Below are positions 1 through 12,250 of a DNA stretch of 64,000 bases, piece by piece. The DNA is from Vicugna vicugna (Eukaryota). Position 1 is the stretch's first letter. Each line of letters begins with the position of its first letter. The position numbers and the translations under genes are program-made. The notes below the pieces were generated by a model, which worked only from the letters and a program-made list of their open reading frames with translations, was not told the DNA's origin and ran no database searches. The stretch is from assembly GCA_013265495.1 (NCBI GenBank), contig MU057809.1, forward strand, positions 62,001 to 126,000, read 5' to 3'.

Positions 1-184
1 TGGGGGGCTAAAGCATTCTTGTCACTTTTCTTTGACAGTCACGTCCCCATCCAGAGAGGCGGCAGCCACCATCCTGTGCGGAGAGCGTCCTTCCGGGGGC
101 CGCGGGCGCACGTGTCGCTGCGCCCAGTGCACCCTCCTCCCACCCTCCCGCCAGGCAGGAACCGAGCTGCTGTGTGTTTTGCAG

Positions 185-332
185 GCCCTGCTCTTGGGGA
201 GGCGCTGCCCCAGCTGGTCCCTGTCCTCCAGAGCTGCCTCCAGCCAACCAGAGACCCCTCCATGCGCCTGAGACTCTTCTCCACTCTGACAGGGGTGTTG
301 CTGCGAGCCCGGGAGACGGTCGACTCACAAGG
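185..332 (+). CDS. DNAAF5: DNAAF5 (HEATR2) internal coding exon, about exon 9
   Basis: ttttgcag acceptor and GG|gtaggt donor; 148 nt; encodes [50 protein letters not shown]; phase joins the next exon. Confidence 0.92.
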
Positions 333-2690
333 GTAGGTCAGCTCTGCCCCCACAGCCCCGCACCGTCCCCCGCGCCGCGCCAGGCCAAGGTGGCCCCTGA
401 GCGCTAGGTGCCTGCTGTCCTGCAGTCACGGTCAGTCACGGCGGCGGGGGCACCACACGGAGAGACACGAATCAAAGTCATCCTCTGTGGTCGTTAAAAT
501 CCCACTGAGTGAAGATGTTAACTGTTAAATGGTTTATGTATTAGCTGCTTTCAAGCCCAACAAAGGGTTGATTGAATTGATTGAAGGACCATTGAGGTTA
601 GAACTTAGGAAACCTGTTCTGCAGGGGAGCTTCTGCGGCAGGAGAGGGGAGGCACAGCTCCGTCCAGCAGGCCCTGCCCTGCTTGTTAAATCAGCCCAGT
701 GTCCCCGCAGAAGGGGACGTGGCCAGCGCGATGCTGTGAGCTGTCTGGGGCCCATCCCAAGAGGGGCAGATCTACCACAAGTCCCGCCTCGTTGTCACGT
801 ATCCTGGAGTTTCCCAGGAAGTCTGAATGAAGAGAAGTCATCATTCAGACTTCTCTTCCCTGGATGTTCCTTGGGTCTCTGCCCTTGGGCGTCTAGCTGG
901 CCCATCCTGCTGCGGGAAGTTTTATTTCCCGCCTTGAGCAGAAGCTTCCAGGGTTGGAAGGGACCTAGAGGTGCGGCGGCGAGCCTGCAGCCACCCCGCA
1001 AGCAGGCAGACTCCAAGCAGAGAGCCCGGGCCGGGCGGTTACCCTCAGAGCCCCAGCCTGGCTGTGTCTACCTGAGGACAGCTGACCCCTGGGCAGCAGC
1101 CTCCATGCCAGGACCAAGTCCCCGAAAGAAACTGCTCTTGAAGGCTTTTCATGGAAAGAAATCAGTATCAGGAGAGAAAAGTTCAGCTTATGATTATTTA
1201 GTGAAGACATTAGCTGTTTTACAGACAGGAAAGATTTTGAAAAATAACTCAGTTTCGATCTTTAGGAAACACCGCCTTGACTGTGGGGACGGGCGTGGCA
1301 CTGAGGTCCCCACGCAGCCTGAGGGTCCTGCCTGAGGGCAGACACCGGGCCTGACCAGGGTCACCAGGCTCCCACCCCAGACGTCTGGATGGAGGGCGGG
1401 GGGTGGGCCGTGGTGTGAGGGTGGGCCGGTGCTGGAGGTCACCCCCGGGTGGAGTGCACATCCCTGGAGAAGCAGGGCTGCTCCCTCAGCAGGGTGCCCA
1501 GACGTGTGCACCCAGGGCAGCCCCCGACCGCCGACGGCTTCTCCCCCAGAGGCTGCACTGCGGGGTGCTCGCCAGCCCCTCCCGGTCTGTTTCCCACAGT
1601 TGCCTGAGAACCAGGGGTGTCAGCCCCTCTGAGTGAGGGGTCCTGTTGGAAAATTGCGGGATTTTAACACGCTGGTGTCACCACTGAGCGCAGCCCGGAT
1701 GCAGGTGGTTTTGGAGGAGCCTGTGGCCCTGACGTGCCCACGCATCCCGAGGCCCAGCCGTGGACAGGGTGCCTCCTTCCAGTGCAGTGGGATTCGCTCT
1801 CTGGACGCCCAGGGCCTTCACTGGTCCTGGCATCTCAGTGCTGCAGGGACAGGTTCCAACTGGAGTTAGCAGCCCCCACCTGTCCCTCCCATGGCCAGCG
1901 CTGGGCCTTCTGGCCTCGTGGCCACGTCTTGAGGACTGCCTCCGCTGGGCCGTGGGCTGAGCCGCCCAGAGGGCCCCCTCGTGAATCAGTGCAGGAAGCA
2001 GCAGCTCTGCCCACTGAGAACCTGAGTGTGTGAGTCGTGAGAGCCGGAGGCTTTGCCGACGCTGGGAGCAAGCCGGAGGCGGCGGGGAGGGCCAGAAAGT
2101 GAGGGCCTCCTCGGGGGTAATCCTGGCCTCCAGCGCGGCTCTGCAGGCTGGGCCACGAGGCCAGTGGGCAGCTCAGGGCTGGGATTCCCATTTTTTTCTG
2201 CTCCGCGTTTGTCCTGACGGCACCTTGAATGGGCTGGTCACAGTCAAGACGAAGGCCCCCAGTGTCGTTGGCGAAGCGTCTGCGTCTTCTGCTCCCTTGC
2301 ATCTGGGACCGTGGTCACGGCCCCACCATGCCTTCTGCTGAAGTGGCAGGACGTGGTCTGAGGGACCACACAGCCTGTCTCTGCCAGATGACTGCCCGTG
2401 GGGTGACTTGCCGGCCCTTTTCTTGGATCCAGGGAGGGTGACGGGTGAAGCCCCTTGGCCACAAAGTGGGGAGGGGGCTGGAATACGCCCCTGGGCCCTG
2501 GGGTTCTGGCCCCCTGCTCCCAGGAGAGGGGCCCCGCCAGCTGCCCCCCTCCTGCTCAGGGTCCCACGTGTCACTTCTGCAGTCTTCACTGCTGGGCCTC
2601 TTTGCTCTGTTGGGACCATTTCCCAAACTGCAGGGCTTCCCTGGAGGGTCTACATGCGCCCTCACCTGCGCTCTCCTGCCTTCGCTCCAG

Positions 2691-2841
2691 ACAGTTCCAC
2701 GCCTACCTTGACACCATGATCAAGGACATCTTCGTCCCCAACCTCCAGTGGCACGCGGGCAGGACGGCGGGAGCCATCCGCACGGCGGCCGTGTCCTGCC
2801 TCTGGGCACTTATCAGCAGCGGGATCCTGTCCAACAAGCAG
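2691..2841 (+). CDS. DNAAF5: DNAAF5 coding exon, about exon 10
   Basis: ctccag acceptor and CAG|gtgggt donor; 151 nt; [40 protein letters not shown] is a recognisable HEATR2 motif. Confidence 0.95.
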
Positions 2842-3517
2842 GTGGGTGTTCACCCAGGTCCTGTGTCAGGGACACAGATGCTCCCAGACAGACAGACGGG
2901 GGGACTGGAGCATCCCTGCCACCAGAGCGGGAAAGCCTTTGTCTCCGTGACGGGTCCTGCAGACTTTCTCGGGTGACTGTCTCTCTTTACAAGCAAAGAA
3001 CTTTGTCACGGGTTTATTAACTTGAGGCCGACAGCGGGCTTTTGGTGTTGTCTGTCTCCGTGTCTCCAGTTAGACGAGGGCTGAGGCCACGGCGGAGCAG
3101 TCACAGCTTTGGTTTTCCTCTGCGCCCATTCCTCACGTGGTTAAACACCCCCAGCATCCACCTCCTGGACCCAAACGACTCTTACTAAGTGAAAACGTCC
3201 CCCAGGCTCACTGGACACCACACCCTGTCCTCCTAGCATGGAGCAAGCTGGGCAGGGTCAGTGCCTCGCTGCGACCTGGCAAGTAGCGGATCTGGAAGGC
3301 ATCCACTGACCGCTGTGCTAGTTGTCTGGATTTTAAAATCAGCGTTCAAGTCTGCTCCTTAAGGAGAAGGTTCCCAGCAGCACTCCAGACTCCCCGTATT
3401 TGCACCAAAACCAAGTCTCTTCCATCACGGGCAGAGCACACACAGTGGCCGAGCGGCCGTTGTACCCCCAGGATGGCAGCAGCCGTGACCCGCAGCGCGT
3501 GTGCTTTCTGATTGCAG

Positions 3518-3674
3518 GTGCAGGAAGTGCGGGGAACGCTGACGCCTCAGATTCTAACCGCCCTGGAAGAAGACTCGCAGATGACTCGGTTAACTTCATG
3601 CAGAATCATCAGCGCATTTTTAAAAACCTCTGATGATGTGATCGATCCAGACAAATTCATGAAGATTTATCCTG
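3518..3674 (+). CDS. DNAAF5: DNAAF5 coding exon, about exon 11
   Basis: attgcag acceptor and G|gtacga donor; 157 nt; [31 protein letters not shown]...KIYP. Confidence 0.95.
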
Positions 3675-4871
3675 GTACGACCTTTCTCGTTTCCATATCA
3701 CCTGCTTCTGTTTGTGTCACGGGAGAAATAGAAAATGCTACTGGTCGGGTTGGTACCGAGTCCAGACCTGGCAATGGCAGGTTGGCATCCCTGAATGAGT
3801 CATGTCGCATGAGAAACAGCCGGGCATCTCGTGGAGCAGAATTGGGGCCAGGGCGTCAGGCGCCCACAGCCGCCGGGGCACAGGCCTGGAGCTGGCAGGG
3901 ACCCCGCCCTGGGGCAGCAGCTGGGGTCCAGGCCATCGGGGCGAGAAGAGGCCTGGGCTCCAGCTGGGCCTCCCGTCACTGGAGGTGCGCCTGCAACACA
4001 CGTGCCCAGGAACATAGGGAAACCCAGCCAGCGCACCCCTGGTGCAATACGGGTAATTCCAGGACCCCTAGTGTGTTTGGGGTCCTCAGAAAGCTGAAAG
4101 AGCAACATCCCTAAAAGCAGGTTGAGAATCAAAGGTGCAGGCGGGAAGGCGGAACAGGCCCAGTGAGACCCTGGGGGAGAAGGGCCACCAGGCAGGCTCC
4201 AGGCAGGTGGAGCGCGGCTGCGGTGGCTTCCCCTTGGGACGGGCGGTAGCCACACGGGTCTCACCCTCACCTGCATATTTTACTGCTGTTAGCTCTCACT
4301 GGTTTCTGAAAGGTGGCTTTAAGAGCTCCAGGAAGTGAAAATAGCCCCTGAAGTGGGAGCCCGGGCGCAGCGGGGGCGCCGGACGTGTAGGCCGACCCAG
4401 AGCCCCGAGCGCGGCCGGGAGCAGGAGGGGGACAGAGGGCGCCCGCGCTGCCGCCACGAGGTGCGGTACCGAGTGAGGGCGCCCCCGCAGCCCCCGGTCC
4501 GCCTCGTTCTCAGTGTCACGGCAGCAAGCGTGTTGGTTCCTGCTGGCGTCTCCACAGCCCCCTCCCCAGTGCCAGTTGCCGGCCGTCACAGTGACAAGAC
4601 CGCCATCCCCAGCACGTGTCCTCTGTGTGAGGTGGCTTGTTTCCTGACGGAGGGGCTCCACAGGGCCGCTTTATTTTGGGCACCAGCCCTGACTTCTGCA
4701 GACGTGTCTGGAGAACTGCTGGGACACCGTGACGCCCCGGGAGACTCTGGTGACAGATGTCCAGACACTGGGCAGACTCCGAGGACGGCGTCCCCTCTGC
4801 CCCAATTAGAACTGAAGAGTCGGGCGTCCCCGTCGTGGGAAGTGTGGCGGGGCCTCCGCGGGCTCTCCCAG

Positions 4872-6900
4872 ACAGACGCTTGGACCAGTTGAGCCCCAGC
4901 ACAGGGAGATGTGTACCCTGCCCTGGCGTCCGTTCAGCGTCCAGGAGCCTGTGTCTAAGAAAACCGTGTATTTGCCTTAATGGGAAGACACTTTATTGCT
5001 AAAAGAAGCTAACGCCATCGGAGCCTCCAGCGAGGTGTAATCTTTGCTGGAGGAGGTCTGCCTGGGGCGGGGGGCTGGCTGGCGGTTTCTCAGCACAAGA
5101 CGGCGTGAAGTGGGCTGCGTCGATGGACTCCTCCTCTCACGAAGGGTTTCTCTGCAGCACACGGGCCGCGTGACAGCTGTGTGCCCACAGGGAGCTCCGT
5201 GCAGGGCTGGAGTCAGCTCTCAGCCTGCCACTGCCCTGTCAGCTACATCTGTGTGATTTTCTGAGTCCTCTGTTGTCCTTCTCAACTGCGTCTTCGCCAG
5301 GAGTGGACTCCGTCTCACTCCTTGCTTGTCCGTTAGGACACTTCTCATCCGTGACCTGCCGTCCTGAGGCTCCACGCCTGCCTCTGCTGCTCTCACTGTT
5401 CCACCACGTCTGCTGTCCCTTCCTCCGCTTCCTCCCTCAAGGTCAAAGGGCTGGAATCACCTTCTTCCAAACCCCCGATAGTGGTGACAGTCCGACCTCT
5501 TCCCATGAATCATGCACGTCCTTAATAGCGTCCAGAATGGTGAGTGCTTCCTAGAAGTTTGCAGCTGACTCTGCCCGCACCCATCAGAGGAATCGCGCCT
5601 CTGGTGCTGGAGCTTCATGAGGTGCAGGAGGAAGGCCTGAACGGCCCCTCGGCCCGCAGGCTGCAGAGAGACGCTGTGTCCGCAGGCGGGAGACGCCAGC
5701 CACGTCACCCGTCCCCACCGGAGCCCTGTCAGTGAGCAGGTCTCAACAGTGGGCTTAAAACATTCAGTAAACTGTGTTGTCAGTAGGTGTCTGTCACGCA
5801 GGCCCTGCTGTCCCATTCACAGAGCGCGGGCAGAGTGGAGCTAGCGTCACTCTGAAGGGCCCAGGGTGTTCGGATGATACAGCACCCCAGCTTCGATGGT
5901 GGCCGCCCGCTGCATGAGCCCCGAACAGGAGTCAGCCCGTACTTTGAAGCTGTGACGCCGGGCGTTGCCGTCTGCTGACTGTGAACGTCCTGGGTGGCAT
6001 CATCTTCCAGCAGAAGTCTGTTTCGTCTACCCTAAAACTCCAGTGCTCAGTGTGGCCGCCCCCGTGGATGATCTGAGCTGGACCACGTGGGGACCGTGCT
6101 GCCCCACCTGCACCGACGTCATGACCTCGGCTTCCCTCCTCCAGCCTCGTGAACCAGCCACCTCTGCCGGCTTCAGACTCTCCGTCCACGGCCTCCTCGC
6201 CTCTCAGCCCTGAGAACTGAGGGGAGCTGGGGCCAGGCTGTGGACAAGCGTCAGCCAAAGGGAAGGCTGTGGCCGGTTTCATCCTCCGTCCGGACTCCAG
6301 CTCTCTCCACCTCAGCAATAGGCGTTTCTCTTTCTTACCGTCCATGTGTTCATGGGGCAGTGCTGTAATTTCCTTCAAGAACTTCCCCTTGCAATCAGAA
6401 GAGGCCAGTTTTCAGCCCAGCTCAGCTCTCGACACGCCTTCGTCACCAGGCGTGATTATTTCTAGCTTTTGATCTAAAGCGTGAGACGTGCAGCGACGCC
6501 TTTCACTTGAGCCCTGAGAGGCCACGGTGGGAGCCGTACTTGGCCTGATCTCAGTGTCGTCGAGGAATGAGGGCCCACAGAGGGGGCGGGGCGGCCGGCC
6601 GGGCCGTCAGGACAGCGTTTACAGGTGCAGTGTGTCGTCTTATAGGGTGCAGGTCGTGGCACCCCGAAACAGCTCCTGTGGCGTCATCAAAGATCACAGT
6701 GAGTGTTTCTGCCCCTCAGAAAAGACAGTTCACAGCAGCAAGTGCAACAAAAATGGTGAAAACGCTTGAAAAACCGCACGAGTTACCAAGTGTGCAAACA
6801 CGAGGTGACGGGCTGTTGGGAAGGCGGCACCATGGGCTCGCGGGACACGAGGTCAGCTCGGACCTTCCGCTCCTGGAGCAGCACCTGCGAAGCATGGATC
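4872..6900 (-). mobile_element. Near full-length decayed Tigger1 DNA transposon in a DNAAF5 intron
   Basis: Colinear resemblance to the recalled Tigger1 reverse complement (e.g. ggtctcaacagtgggcttaaaa, atttccttcaagaactt, tttctagcttttgat); minus ORF 5932-6378 retains transposase-like residues (GWFTR, VDET, WKMMPPRTF); ends approximate. Confidence 0.85.
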
Positions 6901-7576
6901 ATGGCCGCCACCCCGCTGCTCCCCACTCCCGCACACCGGGAGCCGCGGCCCTGGCCTGTCCGCCTGTCTGCCTGTCTGGGGCTACTTGCCTCCTTGCCCC
7001 CTGCCACCTAAGGCCCAGGCCTCAGGAGCATGTCTGCTGGGAGCCAGGGCCGGGGCGTCCCGTGCGACACAGCCCTCCCCGTGGGGACGTCCTTGCTGGG
7101 AGCAGAGCCGCCCTCCACAGTGATGGGCCAGCTCAGCCTGGATGGGCCTCTGAGGGATAACCGAGTCCTGGGTCAGCATGGCTCATCGGTTCTGTGGAAA
7201 GAGGATATGTTGATAAAAATCTTCCACATTCACAGTGAGCGTTTCTGCCCCTCAGAAAAGACCGTTCCTCTGTCTTCAGCAGCAGAACGTCTGGTCCCAG
7301 AGGCTCAGCAGAAACACAGCTGAGCTGGCCAGTGGCCGTCCTGTCACCAGACTCTCGGCCCTGTCCCCAGACCCTGTGGTGGGTGGGCTCTGAATCTGAG
7401 CATCTGGGAGCCGGGGTCCCCAGGGCCGCCTTGCAGGTCAGAAGTCGGGCACAGAGATGCTCGACCAGCCGAGCACGCCTCTGCTCGGAGTCCAGCGCAG
7501 CCAGGGCCCCAGGGCGGGCGGGGACGGGACACCTGCTCGAGAGCCTCCGTCTCACACTCTTGCCCTGCTCTTTCAG

Positions 7577-7768
7577 AACTCCTCAAGCGTCTGGATGACG
7601 TTTCCACCGAAGTGCGGCTGGCGGCCACCTCCACCTTGGTGACCTGGCTGGAGCGGGCCGGGAAGGAGGGCAGGAAGAGCTGCGACCAGGGCAGCATCCA
7701 GTACCTGTACAGGGAGCTCCTGGTGTACCTGGACGACCCCGAGAGCACCGTGCAGGACGCAGTCCTCG
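7577..7768 (+). CDS. DNAAF5: DNAAF5 coding exon, about exon 12
   Basis: tttcag acceptor and G|gtaaga donor; 192 nt; [17 protein letters not shown]...[22 protein letters not shown]. Confidence 0.95.
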
Positions 7769-8239
7769 GTAAGACTCGCTGGTTCCCATCCCGGGTCGCG
7801 TCGGGCCCCGGCGGCTCCCTCGGGTCCGCGTGCTGGGCCCGTGTGCTCTCTGTGGGCTACTTACCGCAGCAGCAGCTAAACTTGGGGAAATGTTAGGGTA
7901 CTTACTAATTTGTTTAAAGTATCAGTAAACCCATTACATTTTACCATAAATAATGTGTGTTTGAAAGATGTATTTTCCAAAACGACTGGAAGCGTGGCAT
8001 TTTGCGTCTTCGCGGCCCTCGTGCGTGAGCTGATGGGGCAGCCAGGGTCGCGCCTCTGCCCGCGTCGCTCTGAGCTGTCGGGCATCTGGGCAAAGTAGGA
8101 AAAATAAACGGCCACACGGTGTGTCCTTGGAAAAGTGAGTATTTTAACGCGGTGGTCTCCCAGGGCGCACCCCGACTGGACCAGTGGGAGTCGCCTAAAG
8201 GTGACTTGGGGGTGTAGACTGAAGCCAGCAGGTGGTCCA

Positions 8240-8960
8240 CTGCTTCCATATGAGTCTCTCTGTCCCTCCCGCACAACTTCCTAATGCAGACAGGTTTGTT
8301 CTCAGGGTCAAAGAGTCTGTTAGCATCCAGCTCGGGGGAGTCTGCTCTCCTCCCTCTCACCCCTAGGGTGGAGGTGGGATGGTTGGTTTTCTGGCATTCG
8401 CACTCAGTGCTGCGGGTTTCCTGTACGCACTGCTTTTCACTGCATTCCACGCATTTTGAGAGGTCGTGTTTTCGTTTTCGTGTAGTTCAAAATATTCTTT
8501 AGTTCCTCTTGAGATTTTTTCTTTGACCTTTGTGCTGCTTAGAACTGTGTTGTTAACCTCAGATACTGGGGATTCTCCAGTTGTCTCTGCTACTGATTTC
8601 CAGTTTAATTCCATCGTCATCTGTGTGATTTCTCCCTTTTTTAATTTGCAAAGTGTGTTTTATGGCCCTGATCCGGGTCTGCTGTGGTGACTGTCCTTGG
8701 GAGCGTGGGAGAGGGTGTGTTCTGCGCCTGGGTACCCAAGGGCTGACGGTGCCCCCTCCCCACCACGGGTCCTCCATCTCACAGCTGTCAGTCTTGCTGC
8801 GCTAGTCGGACACGCTGCTGCGGGCGCAAACACGTCAAGCACCGTGGTGTCGTCTGGGAGAACGGCCCCCCGTCGTGATGCGTGCCCCCAGATTCCGCGG
8901 CCCTGCAGTCTGCTCTGTTCTCAGCTGTTGTGACTTTGATGTGAAGGTAGGGTTGGCTTA
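8240..8960 (-). mobile_element. L1 ORF2 remnant
   Basis: Minus translation ...NNTVLSSTKVKEKISRGTKEYFELHENENTTSQNAWNAVK resembles L1 ORF2 just after the endonuclease domain; boundaries approximate. Confidence 0.8.
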
Positions 8961-9002
8961 CTATTTCTTTCTGGCGTGTGAAGCTGTCTTCCTGTTTTCC
9001 AG

Positions 9003-9139
9003 AGGCCCTCAAAGCAGGCAGTGCCCTGTTCCCTGACCTCCTGGTGCGAGAGACGGAGGCGGTGCTCCACAAGCATCGCTCCCCGACCTACTGTGAGCAG
9101 CTGCTGCAGCACCTGCAGACCCTGCCGCCCGCTCCGTGA
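9003..9139 (+). CDS. DNAAF5: DNAAF5 last coding exon
   Basis: ttttccag acceptor; [45 protein letters not shown] then TGA at 9137-9139. Confidence 0.95.
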
Positions 9140-9935
9140 CCGAGCCCGGCATGGAGCCCTCATCCTGACCTGCACCGGGACGTGTGGCCTTCAAGTCTCA
9201 TAACAACGGCCGGGGACACTCAGGCGCGACAGCAAGAGGGATTCCCTGCACAGCGCGCCTGGTGTCTCCTGGGACAGTGCTTCAAACCCAGCAGTTTCTG
9301 AAATAATTTTCACTGAGTGGCTTTGTATTTTTACGTCTAATTCATACAATTCATTGAGAGGTCTGCCGGAAATCGACAGCTGACTTCAGACTGTCATCTA
9401 CTCACACGGGCAGCCCGGGCTGCGTGCTCCGCTGGGTTCAGGGACCGTTGCTGCTTTCTTGCTTAAATGCCCACCAAGAAAGTTCTTGACTACTTAAAAA
9501 GGAAAGAGCCAAAGTGATTAAAAAGAAATGTTCTTTCTTTGGGTTCTGTCTACTAAAACTTAGTATCTCAGTGAACAGACTGAAAAGAGCTTCAGATCTT
9601 AAGAACTACTATCGATGAAGCCTTTCCCGTTTAAGATACACTGGAACTTGCGATGCTCCGTGGATGTACTTGGTCACTGTTTTTTCTTAGGTCAGTGATG
9701 CTGACTCTGGGAGTAGGGCATTTAATCAAACATAGTTTTGGTTGCTCTCTTGTAAGAAGCAGTAAAGTTGCATTTTATTCTCTTGAACTTTCTACACCCA
9801 AGTGCCTGAAAGGTTTCATTTTAAGTGAGTATTATTTCCATAGCCATATATTTGTGTTAACACAAGGAAGAAAATGCTATGTGTATTTTCCAAAAATCAA
9901 ATATTAACATTTATGCTTTGGTATTTGAGAATGTA

Positions 9936-9941
9936 ATTAAA
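9936..9941 (+). terminator. Probable DNAAF5 poly(A) signal (ATTAAA)
   Basis: ATTAAA in an AT-rich 3' UTR followed by a T/GT-rich tract; a second candidate ATTAAA lies at 9517-9522. Confidence 0.6.
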
Positions 9942-10739
9942 ATATTTATTGTAATTATTTTGTTTGCCTGTCATGGTGTGTTCTGGTAATTCACGGAGAC
10001 TTCAGGAATGACTCATTTTCACTTGGATTTATCGTCCCAGTGGTCCCAGCCTGGAGAATTCGGGCCTCAGGACCCAGGGGCTCCCTCAGCTCGTTGCAGT
10101 GCCCGCACTGGACGCCAGGTGGCGGGAGCTCCACGGGTCAGGGCAGCACGTGGCCGGGCTCCCAAGGGCTCATGGTGGGAGAGGGCAGGGGACCAGCCTG
10201 GAGACGGGCTGGGAACTGAATCCGCACCCCAGGCCAGGTCACTGCAGCCCAGGCCCCGCCACCAAATGTCACAGGAACTGAAAGTAGGTGGCAGAGAGCT
10301 CGGCTGGGAGCACAACTCGTGTTCAACACCTCCTACCCTGCTCCTCTCTCCCCCTTGCCTGTTGTGCGAGGCGGGTGGGTCAGTGCCGCCCCAGCTCCGT
10401 CCAGCCCAGCAGCCCCGCAGCTGCCCTGCTGTGGGCACATCGACGGTGGCCTTGAGTTTCTGTCCATCTTTAAGGGAAACGCTCGGAGGCAGCACCGCGG
10501 TGAGTCGGCGCCCCCGGCACAAGGTTAACAGGTGTGTGTGTTCAGAGAAAGACGAGAACTCCACCCCTGCAGGGCCAGCAGCATGGACGCCTGAGGAGCA
10601 GGAGGCCCCTCTCCACTTGTCTCTGCGATGCTTGTGAGCTCGGCAGTTAGTCTGGTCAGCAGACATTTCTGGAGTTTAAACACCACGTCCCAGGTGGCGG
10701 GGAAGAGGGGTGTGTAAAATGCAGTCCCTGAAGTTGACA

Positions 10740-12250
10740 GCATCATCGAGGTATAATTTACACACTGTAAAATTCACCCACGCTTTGCAGTCGGGTGAGT
10801 TTTGATGACTTTAGGGAGCATTTCCATCGCCCGAAACCAGGCGCCCACTGACCTGCTCTGCCTCTGGTTTTGTGTGTTCTACACACTTCACATAAATGGC
10901 ACCAGATATGTGGTCTTACATGTCCAGCTTTTCTCAGCGTAAAGGTTTTGAGGTTGATTCTTTATTCATTAGTTCAGGGGTCAGCAATCTCTAGGGCCAG
11001 ATAGTAACTATTTAAGTTTCGTGAACCACGGTCCCTGCCACAAATACTCTTCTGTTACCCTTCACCTGCTGATGGGCATCTGGGTTGTGTGGTTTGAGAC
11101 TATAATGAATAAAACTGCTCTGAGCTTCGTGACACGTACGGTCAGGTTTGCAGTGCTCTGCGGTGGAAGGCTCGGGGCAAAACCACCAGGTCCCACCCGA
11201 TACGTGTTTGTAGTCCCTGCTTCATTCATTCATTGTTATTTTTAACTGCTTTATTGAGGTACGCGTTAAAACCTACGATTAACTGCTGATACTAAAAAGT
11301 GGGCAATTTGGTAAGTTTCAACACACGTATACATCTGTGAAACTGCCACAGTCAAGTCAGAGAAGCCCCCATCACACCCCAAGGTTCTCTCCTGCCCCTT
11401 TGCAGTGCTCCCCATGCCGCGCCCCTTCCACCACCACATGCTCAGGCAACACTGACCTGCTTTTAGTCACTACACAATAGCTTGCACTTTTTGAATTACA
11501 TATATATGAATTTATGCAATAAATTCTCCTTTCACTCAGCAAAATTGAGATTCATCCACGTGGCCATGCCCATCAGTAGTTCATCCCTCTCTCGGTGGGT
11601 CCTATGCCACTGTATGGACATAACCACGATTTGGATGTTCCTGGGTTCTGGCTGTTACAAAGCTTCCTAGAACATTCACGCACAAGTCTTTATATGGACG
11701 TATGTTTTCATCCCTCTTGGGTACGTATCTGGGAGTGGAGTAGCCATTACAGTAGAAGTATGTTTTTTAAAAACTGCCAAAATGGTGGTACCATTTTATG
11801 TTCCATTTCCTCCCATTTTCGCCAACATTTGATACACCAGTCTTTCTAGTTTTGGCCATTCTACTGGGCACATGGTGGTATCTATCTCAGTATGGCTTCA
11901 ATTTGTATTTTCCTAATGTCTAATGATATTGAGCATCTTTCCATGTGCTTATTTGCCATCTGTATACCTTCATTTGGTGAAATATCTTTAAACTCTCTTA
12001 ACCACCTTTTTAATGGGGCTGTTTTCTAACTGAATATTAAGAAACCTTCATATATTCTGGGTACAAGTCCTTTATCATATATATAATTTGCAAATCTTTT
12101 CTCATCCTGGTGCTTATCTGTTCATTCTTTTAACAATGTCTTTTGAATAAGTTTTTCAGCTTTGAAAAAGTCTTTCAATTTGTTCTTTTATGGATTGTGA
12201 TTTCAGTGCGGTATCTAAGAAATTTTTGCACAACCCAAGGTTTCATTTCC
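10740..12250 (-). mobile_element. Cluster of old L1M 3'-end fragments with a MER58-like piece at about 10975-11050
   Basis: Typical antisense L1 3' UTR/ORF2 motifs (ttgagcatctttccatgtgcttatttgccatctgtata; aagtcctttatca). Confidence 0.75.

Noticed and set aside
529..1335. 268-aa ORF in a DNAAF5 intron
   Set aside because: No recognisable domain, low-complexity composition driven by GC content, intronic position
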